Source: Macrostomum lignano (taxonomy: Eukaryota). From it: DNA of 44,933 nt. The DNA lies in assembly GCA_002269645.1 (NCBI GenBank), contig NIVC01003804.1, forward strand, positions 1 through 44,933, given 5' to 3'. Numbering within the stretch: position 1 is the stretch's first letter; the number at the start of each line of letters is the position of its first letter. Shown here piece by piece: positions 11,468 through 20,847 of the stretch. The translations under genes were made by a program, and so were the position numbers. The notes beneath the pieces were generated by a model. That model was not told the origin of the DNA and made no database searches. It saw only the letters and a program-made list of their open reading frames with translations.

Positions 11468-12003
11468 ACCGATTCACTCCCAATAGAAGAGCTGCAGCAG
11501 TAGAGGACCAGCAAGACAGCTCAGTCAATGTAGAATATGGCAATTTAGTTTGGTATAATTATTACAGAGGCTACGGATTCCTGCGAGATAGCAATAATAG
11601 AGATATATTCTTTCATGTGACTAATACTAATATAGCAACTGATTACGAAATTATGCATTTTCTGCGCCAGAGGGCGACAGTAAAATTTATTCGCACTAAC
11701 GATACTACTCATAGTAGGAAACAGAGAGCAGTCAATGTTAGAATTTGCTCAAGCGAGGAACGCAGATTAGCAGAAATCGATAAACAGAAGTCAGCGAGCT
11801 TAGCTAGACAGTCAGAGGCATTGACAGAAGAATTAGAGAAGCGAAGCGAAGCTGCGGCAGCTCAGAGAAGTGCATTAAACAGCATAGACTTGCGACTCAG
11901 TGAAGTAGAAGGAAAGAAAGCTTCAGCAGACGAATCTAAGGTAGTAAAAGAATTATCAGATCTAAGAACCGAATTGAAGGACTTGCGAATTTTTGCTTGG
12001 TAG
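11404..12003 (+). CDS. N-terminal pol-frame segment: cold-shock-like domain plus coiled coil (no ATG; reached by -1 frameshift)
   Basis: Stop-to-stop open frame. 11530-11748 reads VEYGNLVWYNYYRGYGFLRDSNNRDIFFHVTN...FLRQRATVKFIR...RAVNVRIC, matching the RNP1/RNP2 spacing of cold-shock domains. Confidence 0.85.
   Translation, partial: TKFFKLPTGRHQGRANRPQPLNRFTPNRRAAAVEDQQDSSVNVEYGNLVWYNYYRGYGFLRDSNNRDIFFHVTNTNIATDYEIMHFLRQRATVKFIRTNDTTHSRKQRAVNVRICSSEERRLAEIDKQKSASLARQSEALTEELEKRSEAAAAQRSALNSIDLRLSEVEGKKASADESKVVKELSDLRTELKDLRIFAW
11413..11481 (+). promoter_or_regulatory. Putative -1 programmed ribosomal frameshift signal
   Basis: T TTA AAC at 11413-11419 is in the gag frame. After a 7-nt spacer, GGGGCGG (11427-11433) pairs with CCGCCCC (11451-11457). 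Loop GGGAG (11440-11444) could pair with CTCCC (11477-11481). The -1 frame is open from 11404. Confidence 0.8.
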
Positions 12004-13184
12004 AAAAATTCCAAGAAGAATCAACGAAAGAAGAACCTGACAAGAGTGCCCCGACAGCAGAACTTAGAGCTGAACTTAGGGAAATGAAGCAGGAATTAAG
12101 AAAGTTAGAGACAGCCATCCAGCGAGATGTGGCAGCTGAAAAGAAAGCAACAGAGAAGCGAGAGAAGACCGTAGAAGCAGACATATCTAGCCAATTAGTG
12201 AATTCAGGATTATTCCTCGATAGCCAGATTAACGGACTAAGCGAAAAAATATTAGTTGACACCGGCGCCTCGAATTGCCTAATCGATAAGAAATTATATC
12301 AGCGCCTCTATCCGGCAAATCATAGTCTGAAGCCATGCTCAGTGAATATGCGATCCGCCAATGGCCAAACTTCAAATTTACTAGGCCAAGTAGCATTGCG
12401 CGTCAGATTTGGGGACTGCGAGATTACGCACCCATTCTATGTTGCTGAAGGCTTACTAACATCATCAATTATAGGCATCGATTTGTTAACTAGGCATAAA
12501 ATTAAATTAGATATAGCAGGAAAATCCTTAGAATTTAGTGATCGCAGAATTCCGCTTGTAACAACGAGTGATGAAACGCGCTGTGTCCTACTGCAAGTAG
12601 TCAAGAAAGTATCTATAGCACCGATGAGCGAAATTTATGTCAAGGCTAAATGTAAAGATACTCCAGAAACTGCAGAACTCGGCTTCATTTCAGGCCGCAG
12701 TCAAATTAGCGAGAAAGATGAGCCATTAGTAGCCAAAGCTATTACTAGATTAGACGAATTCGGCGAAACTTACGTTAGATTAATGAACCTGACTGAAGAG
12801 GCACAGACAATTCATAAGGATGAGGTAGTTGCGCAGTATCAACCGATGAAGGAAGAAGTAGAACTTTTCGCAATGTCAGAAACTGATTTAGAAGTAGGTG
12901 CGCGGAAGCAGCAGAAGGCAGCAGTCACGATGCAAGAAGCAGAAAGAATTAGGAAGCAATTCCGCTTAAACGAGACCGATTTAAGTGAAGCTCAGAAGGC
13001 AAAAGTAATTGAATTATTACATCGTTACAGAATATTGTTTCGAAGGATCAGTGGGACATCAGCAAGACCCAGATGGGCGAATTCAAGATCGAGACTACCG
13101 ATGAAATCCCAGTCAGAATTCCCCTGCGCAAGCAAAGCCCTGAGCAACGAGAATTTGTTAGCGGGCATGTGCAGCAGCTATTAG
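11997..13184 (+). CDS. pol: pol fragment: coiled coil, aspartic protease and PR-RT spacer
   Basis: ILVDTGASNCLI and IIGIDLL protease motifs. Confidence 0.9.
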   Translation: MVEKFQEESTKEEPDKSAPTAELRAELREMKQELRKLETAIQRDVAAEKKATEKREKTVEADISSQLVNSGLFLDSQINGLSEKILVDTGASNCLIDKKLYQRLYPANHSLKPCSVNMRSANGQTSNLLGQVALRVRFGDCEITHPFYVAEGLLTSSIIGIDLLTRHKIKLDIAGKSLEFSDRRIPLVTTSDETRCVLLQVVKKVSIAPMSEIYVKAKCKDTPETAELGFISGRSQISEKDEPLVAKAITRLDEFGETYVRLMNLTEEAQTIHKDEVVAQYQPMKEEVELFAMSETDLEVGARKQQKAAVTMQEAERIRKQFRLNETDLSEAQKAKVIELLHRYRILFRRISGTSARPRWANSRSRLPMKSQSEFPCASKALSNENLLAGMCSSY

Positions 13185-14854
13185 AGCACGATTTGATTGA
13201 GCCCTCAGAATCTGAGTGGAGTTGCCCTATTGTTCTCGCCCGGAAGAAGTCCGGAGAATTCAGATTTTGCTGTGATTTCAGACAGTTAAATAATAAGACT
13301 AAGAAGGACAGTTTTCCGTTACCGCTAATTCAAGAATCGCTGGAATCCCTGGCAGGCAACATGTACTTTAGCACCCTAGACATGGTCGGCGCTTATTGGT
13401 CAGTGAAGGTCAGAGAGACTGACCGCGAGAAATTAGCGTTTCGAACCCATGATGGCCTGTTCCAGTGGAAAGTTTTGCCTTTCGGAGTCACGAATGGACC
13501 CGCTTGCTTTCAGCGTATAATGCAGAAGATCTTAGGCGATTACGCTTATAAGTTTGCCTTACTCTACCTAGATGATGTTATTTGCACAGGCAAGAATTTC
13601 GAAGAAATGCTCAGTAATTTAGAATTAATTTTCTCTCGATTAGCAGATGCTGGTATGAAAATCAAGCCAGAGAAGACCTTTCTGTTTCGGAAAGAAGTTA
13701 CCTTCCTAGGGCACACCGTCTGTCAACACGGTATCTATACCAGCAAAGATAAGATAGAAAAAGTCCAAACATGGCCCCGGCCAGAGAATATCTCTGAGCT
13801 GCGCGGATTCTTAGGCTTAGCCGGCTACTATCGCAGATTTATTAAAGACTTTGCGCGAATAAGTGAGCCCTTGAATAATTTAACTAGAAAAGATGTCAAG
13901 TATAAGTGGGATGACAGTTGCCAGAAGGCATTCGATCTTTTAAAGCAGAAGTTAGTAAGCGCACCTGTACTGAGCTACCCCAGGTTCGATAGCGACGCGG
14001 GACCGTTCATCCTCGATGTCGACGCCTGTGACGTAGCTATAGGTGGAAATTTATTACAAGAGCAAGATGGGGAAGAAAAAGTAATAGCCTATGCTTCGCA
14101 TCCGTTAAATGAGCATCAGTTGAATTACTGCACTACGATGAAGGAAATGTTTGCGCTGATATATTTCTTAGAACATTACCGGCCTTATCTGGTCGGCCGT
14201 CGTTTCAAGGTCAGGACAGACCACGCGGCCCTCCAATGGCTGCGTAAGTGCCACGGTGCAAAAGGCATGCTAGGCAGATGGAACATGATCCTTGAGCAGT
14301 TTGATCAATTTGAAGTTATCTCGAGAATGGAAGAATATGACTTTGCAATTCAGTACCGCCAAGGGATTGCCCATGGTAACGCAGACGCCCTGAGTCGCAG
14401 ACCTCAGCGGGATGGTCCCCCGAAACGCTACCATGAGGAATGCCCCACTTGCAGTGCGACGAAGACAGCAACAGTCCACTGCGGTGCAATTAATATCGAT
14501 ACGCCAGCGGGAATTGTAGAACTGCAGGAGAGCCAGCCAGAGTTGCTGCTGCTCAAGCAAAAGCTCAGACAGGGAGAGCCCTGTCCGCCCAAGAATGAAT
14601 GGGTTGGAATGAGCCGCAGTTATAAGTCATTATTTAGCGATTATGAGCAGCTATTAGTGAAAAATGACATAATTTACAGGAATTGGATAGATTCCGAAGG
14701 CCGAAAATTTGAGCAGACTGTACTGCCGGAAAACCAAGCCCTGGAACAGCAGTTGTTTAGAGCTTACCACGATCAAATGGCTCACGGCGGTATTTCGAAG
14801 ACTAAAGATTTGATTCGACAGAGATTTTGGTGGCCAAATATTCAACGAACTTAG
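13073..14854 (+). CDS. pol: pol fragment: reverse transcriptase, RNase H and start of the integrase zinc finger
   Basis: WSCPIVLARKK, FCCDFRQLN, LPFGVTNGP, YLDD, LDVDAC, RTDHAAL, NADALSR and AYHDQMAHGG. Confidence 0.95.
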   Translation: MGEFKIETTDEIPVRIPLRKQSPEQREFVSGHVQQLLEHDLIEPSESEWSCPIVLARKKSGEFRFCCDFRQLNNKTKKDSFPLPLIQESLESLAGNMYFSTLDMVGAYWSVKVRETDREKLAFRTHDGLFQWKVLPFGVTNGPACFQRIMQKILGDYAYKFALLYLDDVICTGKNFEEMLSNLELIFSRLADAGMKIKPEKTFLFRKEVTFLGHTVCQHGIYTSKDKIEKVQTWPRPENISELRGFLGLAGYYRRFIKDFARISEPLNNLTRKDVKYKWDDSCQKAFDLLKQKLVSAPVLSYPRFDSDAGPFILDVDACDVAIGGNLLQEQDGEEKVIAYASHPLNEHQLNYCTTMKEMFALIYFLEHYRPYLVGRRFKVRTDHAALQWLRKCHGAKGMLGRWNMILEQFDQFEVISRMEEYDFAIQYRQGIAHGNADALSRRPQRDGPPKRYHEECPTCSATKTATVHCGAINIDTPAGIVELQESQPELLLLKQKLRQGEPCPPKNEWVGMSRSYKSLFSDYEQLLVKNDIIYRNWIDSEGRKFEQTVLPENQALEQQLFRAYHDQMAHGGISKTKDLIRQRFWWPNIQRT

Positions 14855-16194
14855 ATAGATATATTAAGACTTGTACTGAGTGCCAGACAAGAAAGAAATA
14901 CGGGCCGAAGCCACGAGCGCCCTTAGAACCAGAAGTCAGCAGTTATATGGGCGAGAAAGTACATATAGATTTCGCCGGTCCGTTCAACGCCACAGCACGG
15001 GGGAACAAGTACCTCCTGCTGATGGTTGATCACTTTACGGGCTGGCTAGAGGTAAAAGCGCTTAGAGATTGTACAGCTGAGAGTACAGCTTGGGCCCTGT
15101 ACACAGAGTGGATCACTCGGCATGGTGCCCCTGAAGCATTCATATCAGACAGAGGTACATCATTTACTGCAGAATTAGTGAAATCGTTAACCGAAAATTT
15201 CCGAATAGATTTGCGCCATACTACTAGCTACCATCCGCAAGCTAACGGTCGCTGCGAGCGCATGGTCAGAGTAGTGAAAGATGGAATCAGATTAGCCCAG
15301 AGTGAACTCAGTTTGGCATGGGATGAGGTGCTTCCGCACGCTTTGATGGTTCAGCAAAGCACAGTCAGTGAAAGCAATAAGTTTAGCCCGTTCGAATTAG
15401 TCTATGGTCGAAAGATGCGGCTACCGGTTGATGCTGAGCTCGGATTGCCTGCACCGGAGCGCAAGACCCGTGATAAACATTTACATGATCTGTATAAGAA
15501 GTGCATGGAATCGTATAGAATCGCCAGAGAAAAGCAGCAAATATCAGTCAGGCGGCAGAAATCTAATTATGACACGAAAGTATTCCAGCAGTATTATCAG
15601 CCAGGTGACCTGGTCTGGATAGCGAATACGCAGAATTGTTATGATACGAATAGGAAGTGGGTAGGTCCGTACCGAGTGCTTGAAGTAAGAAATAATGGAA
15701 AAAATTTAAAAATCAAGCCCGGTCCGAAGGTTGACCGAATAGAGCAGCCCGTCAGAATTCATGACGTAGTGACAGTAGACAGAACAAAGCCCTGCTACTT
15801 GTCAGAAGAAAAGTTGCGTCAATATCGAGAAGAGGAAGCTGGAAGTGCTAGTGATGACGGCTCGGAGGAGTCAGAAAGAGTTCAAGTGGAGATCCAGAGA
15901 CCAGAGAGAATTAAATTTTTGCAACGTGAGAGAGCTCACGAAGCTACTGGAAGTAATATGAATAGAGCAGTCGAAAATACTCAGACAGCGGCCAATGCAA
16001 ACCAGCAGGCGCAGGCGAGTCCTGCGGGGTCTCAGGCCAGGCAGATTCCTGTGCGCACTCCACCGAATTTAATGCATCTGAGCCCAGTGCACAGTACGCC
16101 CCCGCAGCGGGCAGGCACGAATAACGTTAGCTGGATACCGCGGCTGCGGAACCGCGCGGCGATTAGACCCCCGGAACGATACGGTTATCATTGA
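14827..16194 (+). CDS. pol: pol fragment: integrase (end of zinc finger, DDE core, GPY motif)
   Basis: CTECQ, VHIDFAGP, ISDRGTSF, YHPQANGRCER and WVGPYRV. Confidence 0.95.
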   Translation: MVAKYSTNLDRYIKTCTECQTRKKYGPKPRAPLEPEVSSYMGEKVHIDFAGPFNATARGNKYLLLMVDHFTGWLEVKALRDCTAESTAWALYTEWITRHGAPEAFISDRGTSFTAELVKSLTENFRIDLRHTTSYHPQANGRCERMVRVVKDGIRLAQSELSLAWDEVLPHALMVQQSTVSESNKFSPFELVYGRKMRLPVDAELGLPAPERKTRDKHLHDLYKKCMESYRIAREKQQISVRRQKSNYDTKVFQQYYQPGDLVWIANTQNCYDTNRKWVGPYRVLEVRNNGKNLKIKPGPKVDRIEQPVRIHDVVTVDRTKPCYLSEEKLRQYREEEAGSASDDGSEESERVQVEIQRPERIKFLQRERAHEATGSNMNRAVENTQTAANANQQAQASPAGSQARQIPVRTPPNLMHLSPVHSTPPQRAGTNNVSWIPRLRNRAAIRPPERYGYH

Positions 16195-16800
16195 ATGGAG
16201 TCTATAGAAACGAAAGTACTGTCGAGACGAAAATTTCAATTGTATTACTAATAGTAACTTGTCGAGACATACGCGAGAAATTTGTTGCACGAAAATGGAA
16301 CCGGAGAAAAAATAGTCAATAGAAATTAGAAATTGGAAATAATAAAGACTTGGAAGTGCTGATGTTGACACTGCAATTGAGGGAGTTGAAGACGAACTGC
16401 TCGAGCTGCCACACCTGGTAGATTCCAGGACGCTAATGAAAGAGAAATACCATAGACGACCATAGAAGGTATAAACAATTGAAAGTTGCTAGTAGAAATT
16501 GAAATCGAAAGGGGCCCAGATTGAAGTCGTCTGTGGTTCCATCAGCCAGTATATTCGGAATTATTATTATGCGATAAAATTATTAAGGAATAAATATTAT
16601 TATTAAAATTATTAAAAACAGTCTTGCAGTAGAACTGACATGCGTGAATATTCGATAAAAACATAAAAATTGTAAAAGCATCATAAAAACAACACAAAAA
16701 TATAATTCAAATTGCTTGAGTCAGAAAACTGCTTGACGCAAAAATAATTCTAACTTACAGCTAACCGACATGTCACATGTTGCAGCTAGAAATGTCTGAA

Positions 16801-17053
16801 GCGTCCTGGGCACGACGTTAAACTGCAGCCGCTGGAAAGGAAGTTCACTAGAGCCGGCGTCCTGGGCACGACGTTAAACTGCAACCGCTAGGAGAGAAAC
16901 TAACTAATGATGCGTCCTGGCACGACGTAAAACAGCAATCACAAGACGCCTGAAGTGCGAAAGAAAGGAGCACGACAGAAAACTGCAGCCATTGGGCGGT
17001 GAATTTCGCCAGGGGGATTGGTCCTGGGCAAGACCATAAACTGCAGCCAATGG
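16801..17053 (+). repeat. Degenerate 50-56 bp tandem repeat in the Gypsy 3' non-coding region
   Basis: GCGTCCTGG(G)CACGACG at 16801, 16857 and 16912; CACGAC..AAACTGCAGCC again near 16971; AACTGCAGCC near 17039. Confidence 0.8.
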
Positions 17054-17211
17054 GCGATAGTTTTCGCGCGCTGAGTGTTAGTCCGCCACGGGAGCGTGGG
17101 CGGGAGTTAATTATCGTCGAGGCATCCAATTAGAGATAAGCGTCGTGGTAAATTGCGATAAGAATTCCGCTGTGGAGACAGTGAGGGTCGTAGCGCCCAC
17201 CCTACCTTTTT

Positions 17212-17223
17212 AGGAGGGGGGAG
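17212..17223 (+). promoter_or_regulatory. Internal duplicate polypurine tract
   Basis: AGGAGGGGGGAG preceded by a T-run, identical to the tract at 17826-17837. Confidence 0.75.
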
Positions 17224-17825
17224 GTGCGGATAGTTAAATCAGCGAGTAATAAAATTTTGCCAGCCGATAAGGTTCATCGTAGCACGTCGAGAAGGAGTAA
17301 TTTAATAAATTTTGTAAAATGCGATAACGCGTTAGTTCATTCGTGGTGATGGGTCGTGCGTTTCTTTGTGTTGCATGCGTTTCTTTTTGTATCATTGTGT
17401 CTCAAGTGCGCGAGAATTAGTTTCGTTTAGTTTTCTGCCGTGGAAATGTACTTTGAATTGAATTATTAAATTTGATGTTAATCGAATTTCGCCTAGTATT
17501 TTCAATCGTAGAAGAGTCGTGTCATTGTTGCGTGAATTTCGTGTTTCCGCCGAGACTTGCTTTTCATTGCTTGATTGTTTTGTGTAGGAATTTTGCTTAT
17601 GTACTTGATTTATACTTTCATGTCGTGTCATGTGTCATGTTGTGCTTTGCATAGTAAACTGTATTAGTGTTTCGTTGCGTCTAATTTCTATAGTTATTCT
17701 CGTTCCGTTTTTGCGAATTTTGGTTTCCGTAAACGCGTATATAGTACTCATTTGCTTACTGAAAGTAGTATGTTACGCATGTTCGAATTTTTCAAATTTT
17801 TCTTCTTTTGTACTCTATTTCTTTT

Positions 17826-17837
17826 AGGAGGGGGGAG
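17826..17837 (+). promoter_or_regulatory. Polypurine tract of Gypsy element 1
   Basis: AGGAGGGGGGAG directly before the TG of the 3' LTR. Confidence 0.92.
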
Positions 17838-19028
17838 TGTAGTGTGAGCATCTTTGCGTGTATTTTGTTGTAAATTGACTGCATTAGTTTCTATATTGTT
17901 ATTGAATTGTTATTTTGCTTTAGTTTAGTCATGCGTTTTTTGTGTACTTTTTCTAGTTGGTTGAAATCTAAAATGGTAAACAGGTTAGAGTTAGACGCCG
18001 TTTGTGACTCAGCGGAGGGTTGAGTTTGTCTGCGAACCCCAGCTTTGCGCGGCCAGCCAATCAGAACCGGCCTGGACTTTGGCACGCGGCAAGTTTCAAT
18101 TTTACCCGGCGCCGCGGGCACAGTGCAATTCGGCTTAAGCAAGCGGCCGGCCAGACGACCACCACCCGGCTTGAGGGGGGTTTTGAGGGGTTGTGACTCT
18201 GACTATAAATGAAAGTGTGTTTTGGCAATCGGATCTCGCCTTTTTCCTGCTTGCTCCCTTTCCCCGGTTTGTCTTGTCCAGTTCCCGGCCGGTGGCCCGT
18301 TTTCTCCTCTTGTTGGTTCGCGCTTTGAGGCGCCTGAATTCATCACCCCGGTCCGTATTTTTGTTCCCGCCCAACCGCAGTAGTCTTGTGGCGTAACGTC
18401 TACGGCAAATTTCTGTCTGAAGTCGTCGCTATCAAGCGCGGTTAGATAGAGACTGTCGGATCTGATCAAGTACGCGGCCTCGACCCCGAGGGCCTCAGTG
18501 TTACACTGAAGGGCAGTGCCGATAGAATTTAGTCGGTACTCCGTTGAACGGTCGGTTCGGCAGGGCTCTCGTTTGAGTGTAGGTTCTGGCTTAGGCCAGG
18601 GGTTAGGAGTCTTCTCCGTGGTTGTGTTCGGTGCCTCCTTCTTCTTCCTCAGCTGAGATCCGCTTGTCAGTGCGTAATATAATCATTATTATTAATCGTT
18701 ATTATTCGTTATCATCAGTCTAATTATCTGCGTCGCGAATTTGCTTGAATCCTGTAACTTGAGTAATCAAATTAAATCGTCTAGCCAATTATCAGTTGTA
18801 TCACATAGGATTATCACTCTCTAAATCTTTCGGTTTGTGTTCCCTCGTGTTCTTTATTTTCTTGTACTGTACCTGCGGCTATTGGAGAAAGACTGGTAGG
18901 ACTCGCCGACCGGCGATAGGCGATTAGGATTAATAGCTTTAAAATCTCCAAACGCTCCAAGTAGGTTTGTCTAGGGCCTAATTAATTGCTCACCGTGCAT
19001 GCTATTATCTAATTGCCTATTTATCACA
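17838..19028 (+). repeat. 3' LTR of Gypsy element 1 (1191 bp)
   Basis: Near-identical to 8515-9704. By eye it differs by one extra G in a G-run near 18175 and one A/T substitution near 18982. Confidence 0.97.
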
Positions 19029-19537
19029 ACGTTGTCGAAGGCGCCAACAATGTCAAGAAAGAGAGCCAGGGCGTAACCGTCACCCAGTACCGCCCGTTCA
19101 ATCTTTTCGACAATCGCATGCAGGGCGCTGTCAGTCGACCTCCCGGTACGGAAGGCGTGCTGATTATTGCTGAGGGGCATCGCTGTCAGCTCGCAGGAGA
19201 GCAGCCGCCAGAGAATAAGCCTCTCAGTGAGCTTAAGCATTGCTGACGTTAAGCTAATTGGCCGGAAGGCCTTGACGCTTTGGTAGTCACCCTTCCCAGG
19301 TTTGGGAATAAAGACTACTCGAGCTTCAGTCCAGCTTTTGGGAACGTATCCCAGCTGGATAGAGGCCCGCATAAGATTGCGGGTGAGTCTCAGGAACGAG
19401 GGTATCTTGGCTGCTTTACGAAGGAGAACAGGGTAGATACCATCAGGTCCAGGAGATTTGAAGGGTTTGAAGGTTCTGACCGCACGAGCGATTAGGTCTT
19501 CAGTGACAATGCCCGCCGCTAGGGTGGCTCCATCCAT
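19029..19537 (-). CDS. LINE ORF2 fragment: N-terminal part of reverse transcriptase
   Basis: KSPGPDGIYPVLL, VVFIPKPGK, FRPISLTS, QHAFRTGRST and FLDIVGAFDN. Confidence 0.93.
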
Positions 19538-20808
19538 CGAATGGTTGGGCTCCGGTCTAGCAGTAGGTACCCTCGGAAGAATGTGCTAAGCATATGCTGA
19601 AGCACTTCTTCAGGGTCTTTAGTAAGAGAGCCATCATCTTTTTTGATCATGGCTAATTTGGACATTTTGTCCATCGTAAGGGCCTTGACAAGCCTAGAAG
19701 TAGGTCTGTCTTGATCCAATTCATTGCAGAATTGGCGCCACTTACATTCCTTGGCCTTGCGCACTTTAGATTTGAAATTGCGGGAGGCTTGCCGGAAAAG
19801 CTCCATGTCCTCCGGGTTTCCGGTCTTCATGGCACGGCGATGAAGGCTTTTGGCCTTCCGCCTGAGTTTCCCCAGCTCCGGGTTCCACCACGGCGCCGAG
19901 GTCTTGCCTCTGTAGGCGCGAGCAGGACAAGCCGCTTCGTAGGCTGCAATAATGCAACCTGTCAGCGTCTCAGCCATATGATCCACATCCTCGCAGGTCT
20001 CAATCGGACGTAAGTCCGTGAGTTCCTGCAGGTGCAGATCAAGGGCAGCCTTGTAGGCCGCCCAATCAGTGTTGCGGATATTGCGTCTCCAAGTGATCGG
20101 AGACTGGGTTTTAGTGTCCGCGATATTAAAGGCAATAAAGCAGTGGTCAGACAGGGAGGGCTCCTCAGACCAGACTCTCCACTCCTTGACTCTGTCAAAG
20201 AGTCTTGGGGTAACGAGTGTGGCGTCGAGGACCTCGGTCCATCTGCCATTATTAAAGGTAGGAGTGCTGCCGCGGTTGCAGAGCATGAGGTTTGTGTTAG
20301 AGATGAGGGCCAGAAGCTCCTCTCCTCTAGTGTTGGTATCTTTGCTGCCCCAGTGCTTGTGGTGCGCGTTGAGGTCGCCCCCTAAGCACAGCTCAGCGTT
20401 CTGGGACTCGCAGTACTGCGCAAGGCGCAGTAAACTCTCGGGAGCAGGGTCTCTGTCGCCTGGGATATAAACCGAGGCAACAAGACACGTACGCGGAGAG
20501 AAATGATTAGATTGGATGACGCAAAGGTCTCCATCAGAGAGATCAGTCCTCAGCCAAGCCTGGAGATGGCTAGCAGCGAGGATAGCCGCTCTAGGGCGGC
20601 TGTTCCCCGGGCCACACACATAAAAATCAGAGTAGCCAGAGGGAATGTTGGGCAACTTACCGTTGCGCATCCAGGGTTCCTGGATCAGGATGAGGCCTGG
20701 CCTGTACAGCTCAGCAATCTTCATCAGATTTACTGACGCAGATACGCAATGCTGTAAATTTATTTGCAGACAGAATGTCGCTCCTTTGGCAGCGTGGAGC
20801 TTAGTCAT
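19519..20808 (-). CDS. LINE ORF2 fragment: AP endonuclease and linker
   Basis: QINLQH, LIQEPW, VASVYIP, GGDLNAHH..WGS, PTF, LDATL and SDH motifs. Confidence 0.93.
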   Translation of the reverse strand: MTKLHAAKGATFCLQINLQHCVSASVNLMKIAELYRPGLILIQEPWMRNGKLPNIPSGYSDFYVCGPGNSRPRAAILAASHLQAWLRTDLSDGDLCVIQSNHFSPRTCLVASVYIPGDRDPAPESLLRLAQYCESQNAELCLGGDLNAHHKHWGSKDTNTRGEELLALISNTNLMLCNRGSTPTFNNGRWTEVLDATLVTPRLFDRVKEWRVWSEEPSLSDHCFIAFNIADTKTQSPITWRRNIRNTDWAAYKAALDLHLQELTDLRPIETCEDVDHMAETLTGCIIAAYEAACPARAYRGKTSAPWWNPELGKLRRKAKSLHRRAMKTGNPEDMELFRQASRNFKSKVRKAKECKWRQFCNELDQDRPTSRLVKALTMDKMSKLAMIKKDDGSLTKDPEEVLQHMLSTFFRGYLLLDRSPTIRWMEPP

Positions 20809-20847
20809 ACTGTATTAAATGCAATATCTGGCTAGAGCCCAGGGTCA

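Larger units (their letters stand above)
8515..19028 (+). mobile_element. Full-length Gypsy/Ty3 LTR retrotransposon carrying a cold-shock-like domain, nested in the LINE
   Basis: TG...CA LTRs at 8515-9704 and 17838-19028. 4-bp target-site duplication ACGT at 8511-8514 and 19029-19032. Domain order gag-PR-RT-RH-INT. PBS-like TGG after the 5' LTR and a polypurine tract before the 3' LTR. Confidence 0.97.

Noticed and set aside
16195-17837. env-like third ORF
   Set aside because: Only short ORFs are present, with no signal peptide, furin site or transmembrane organisation.
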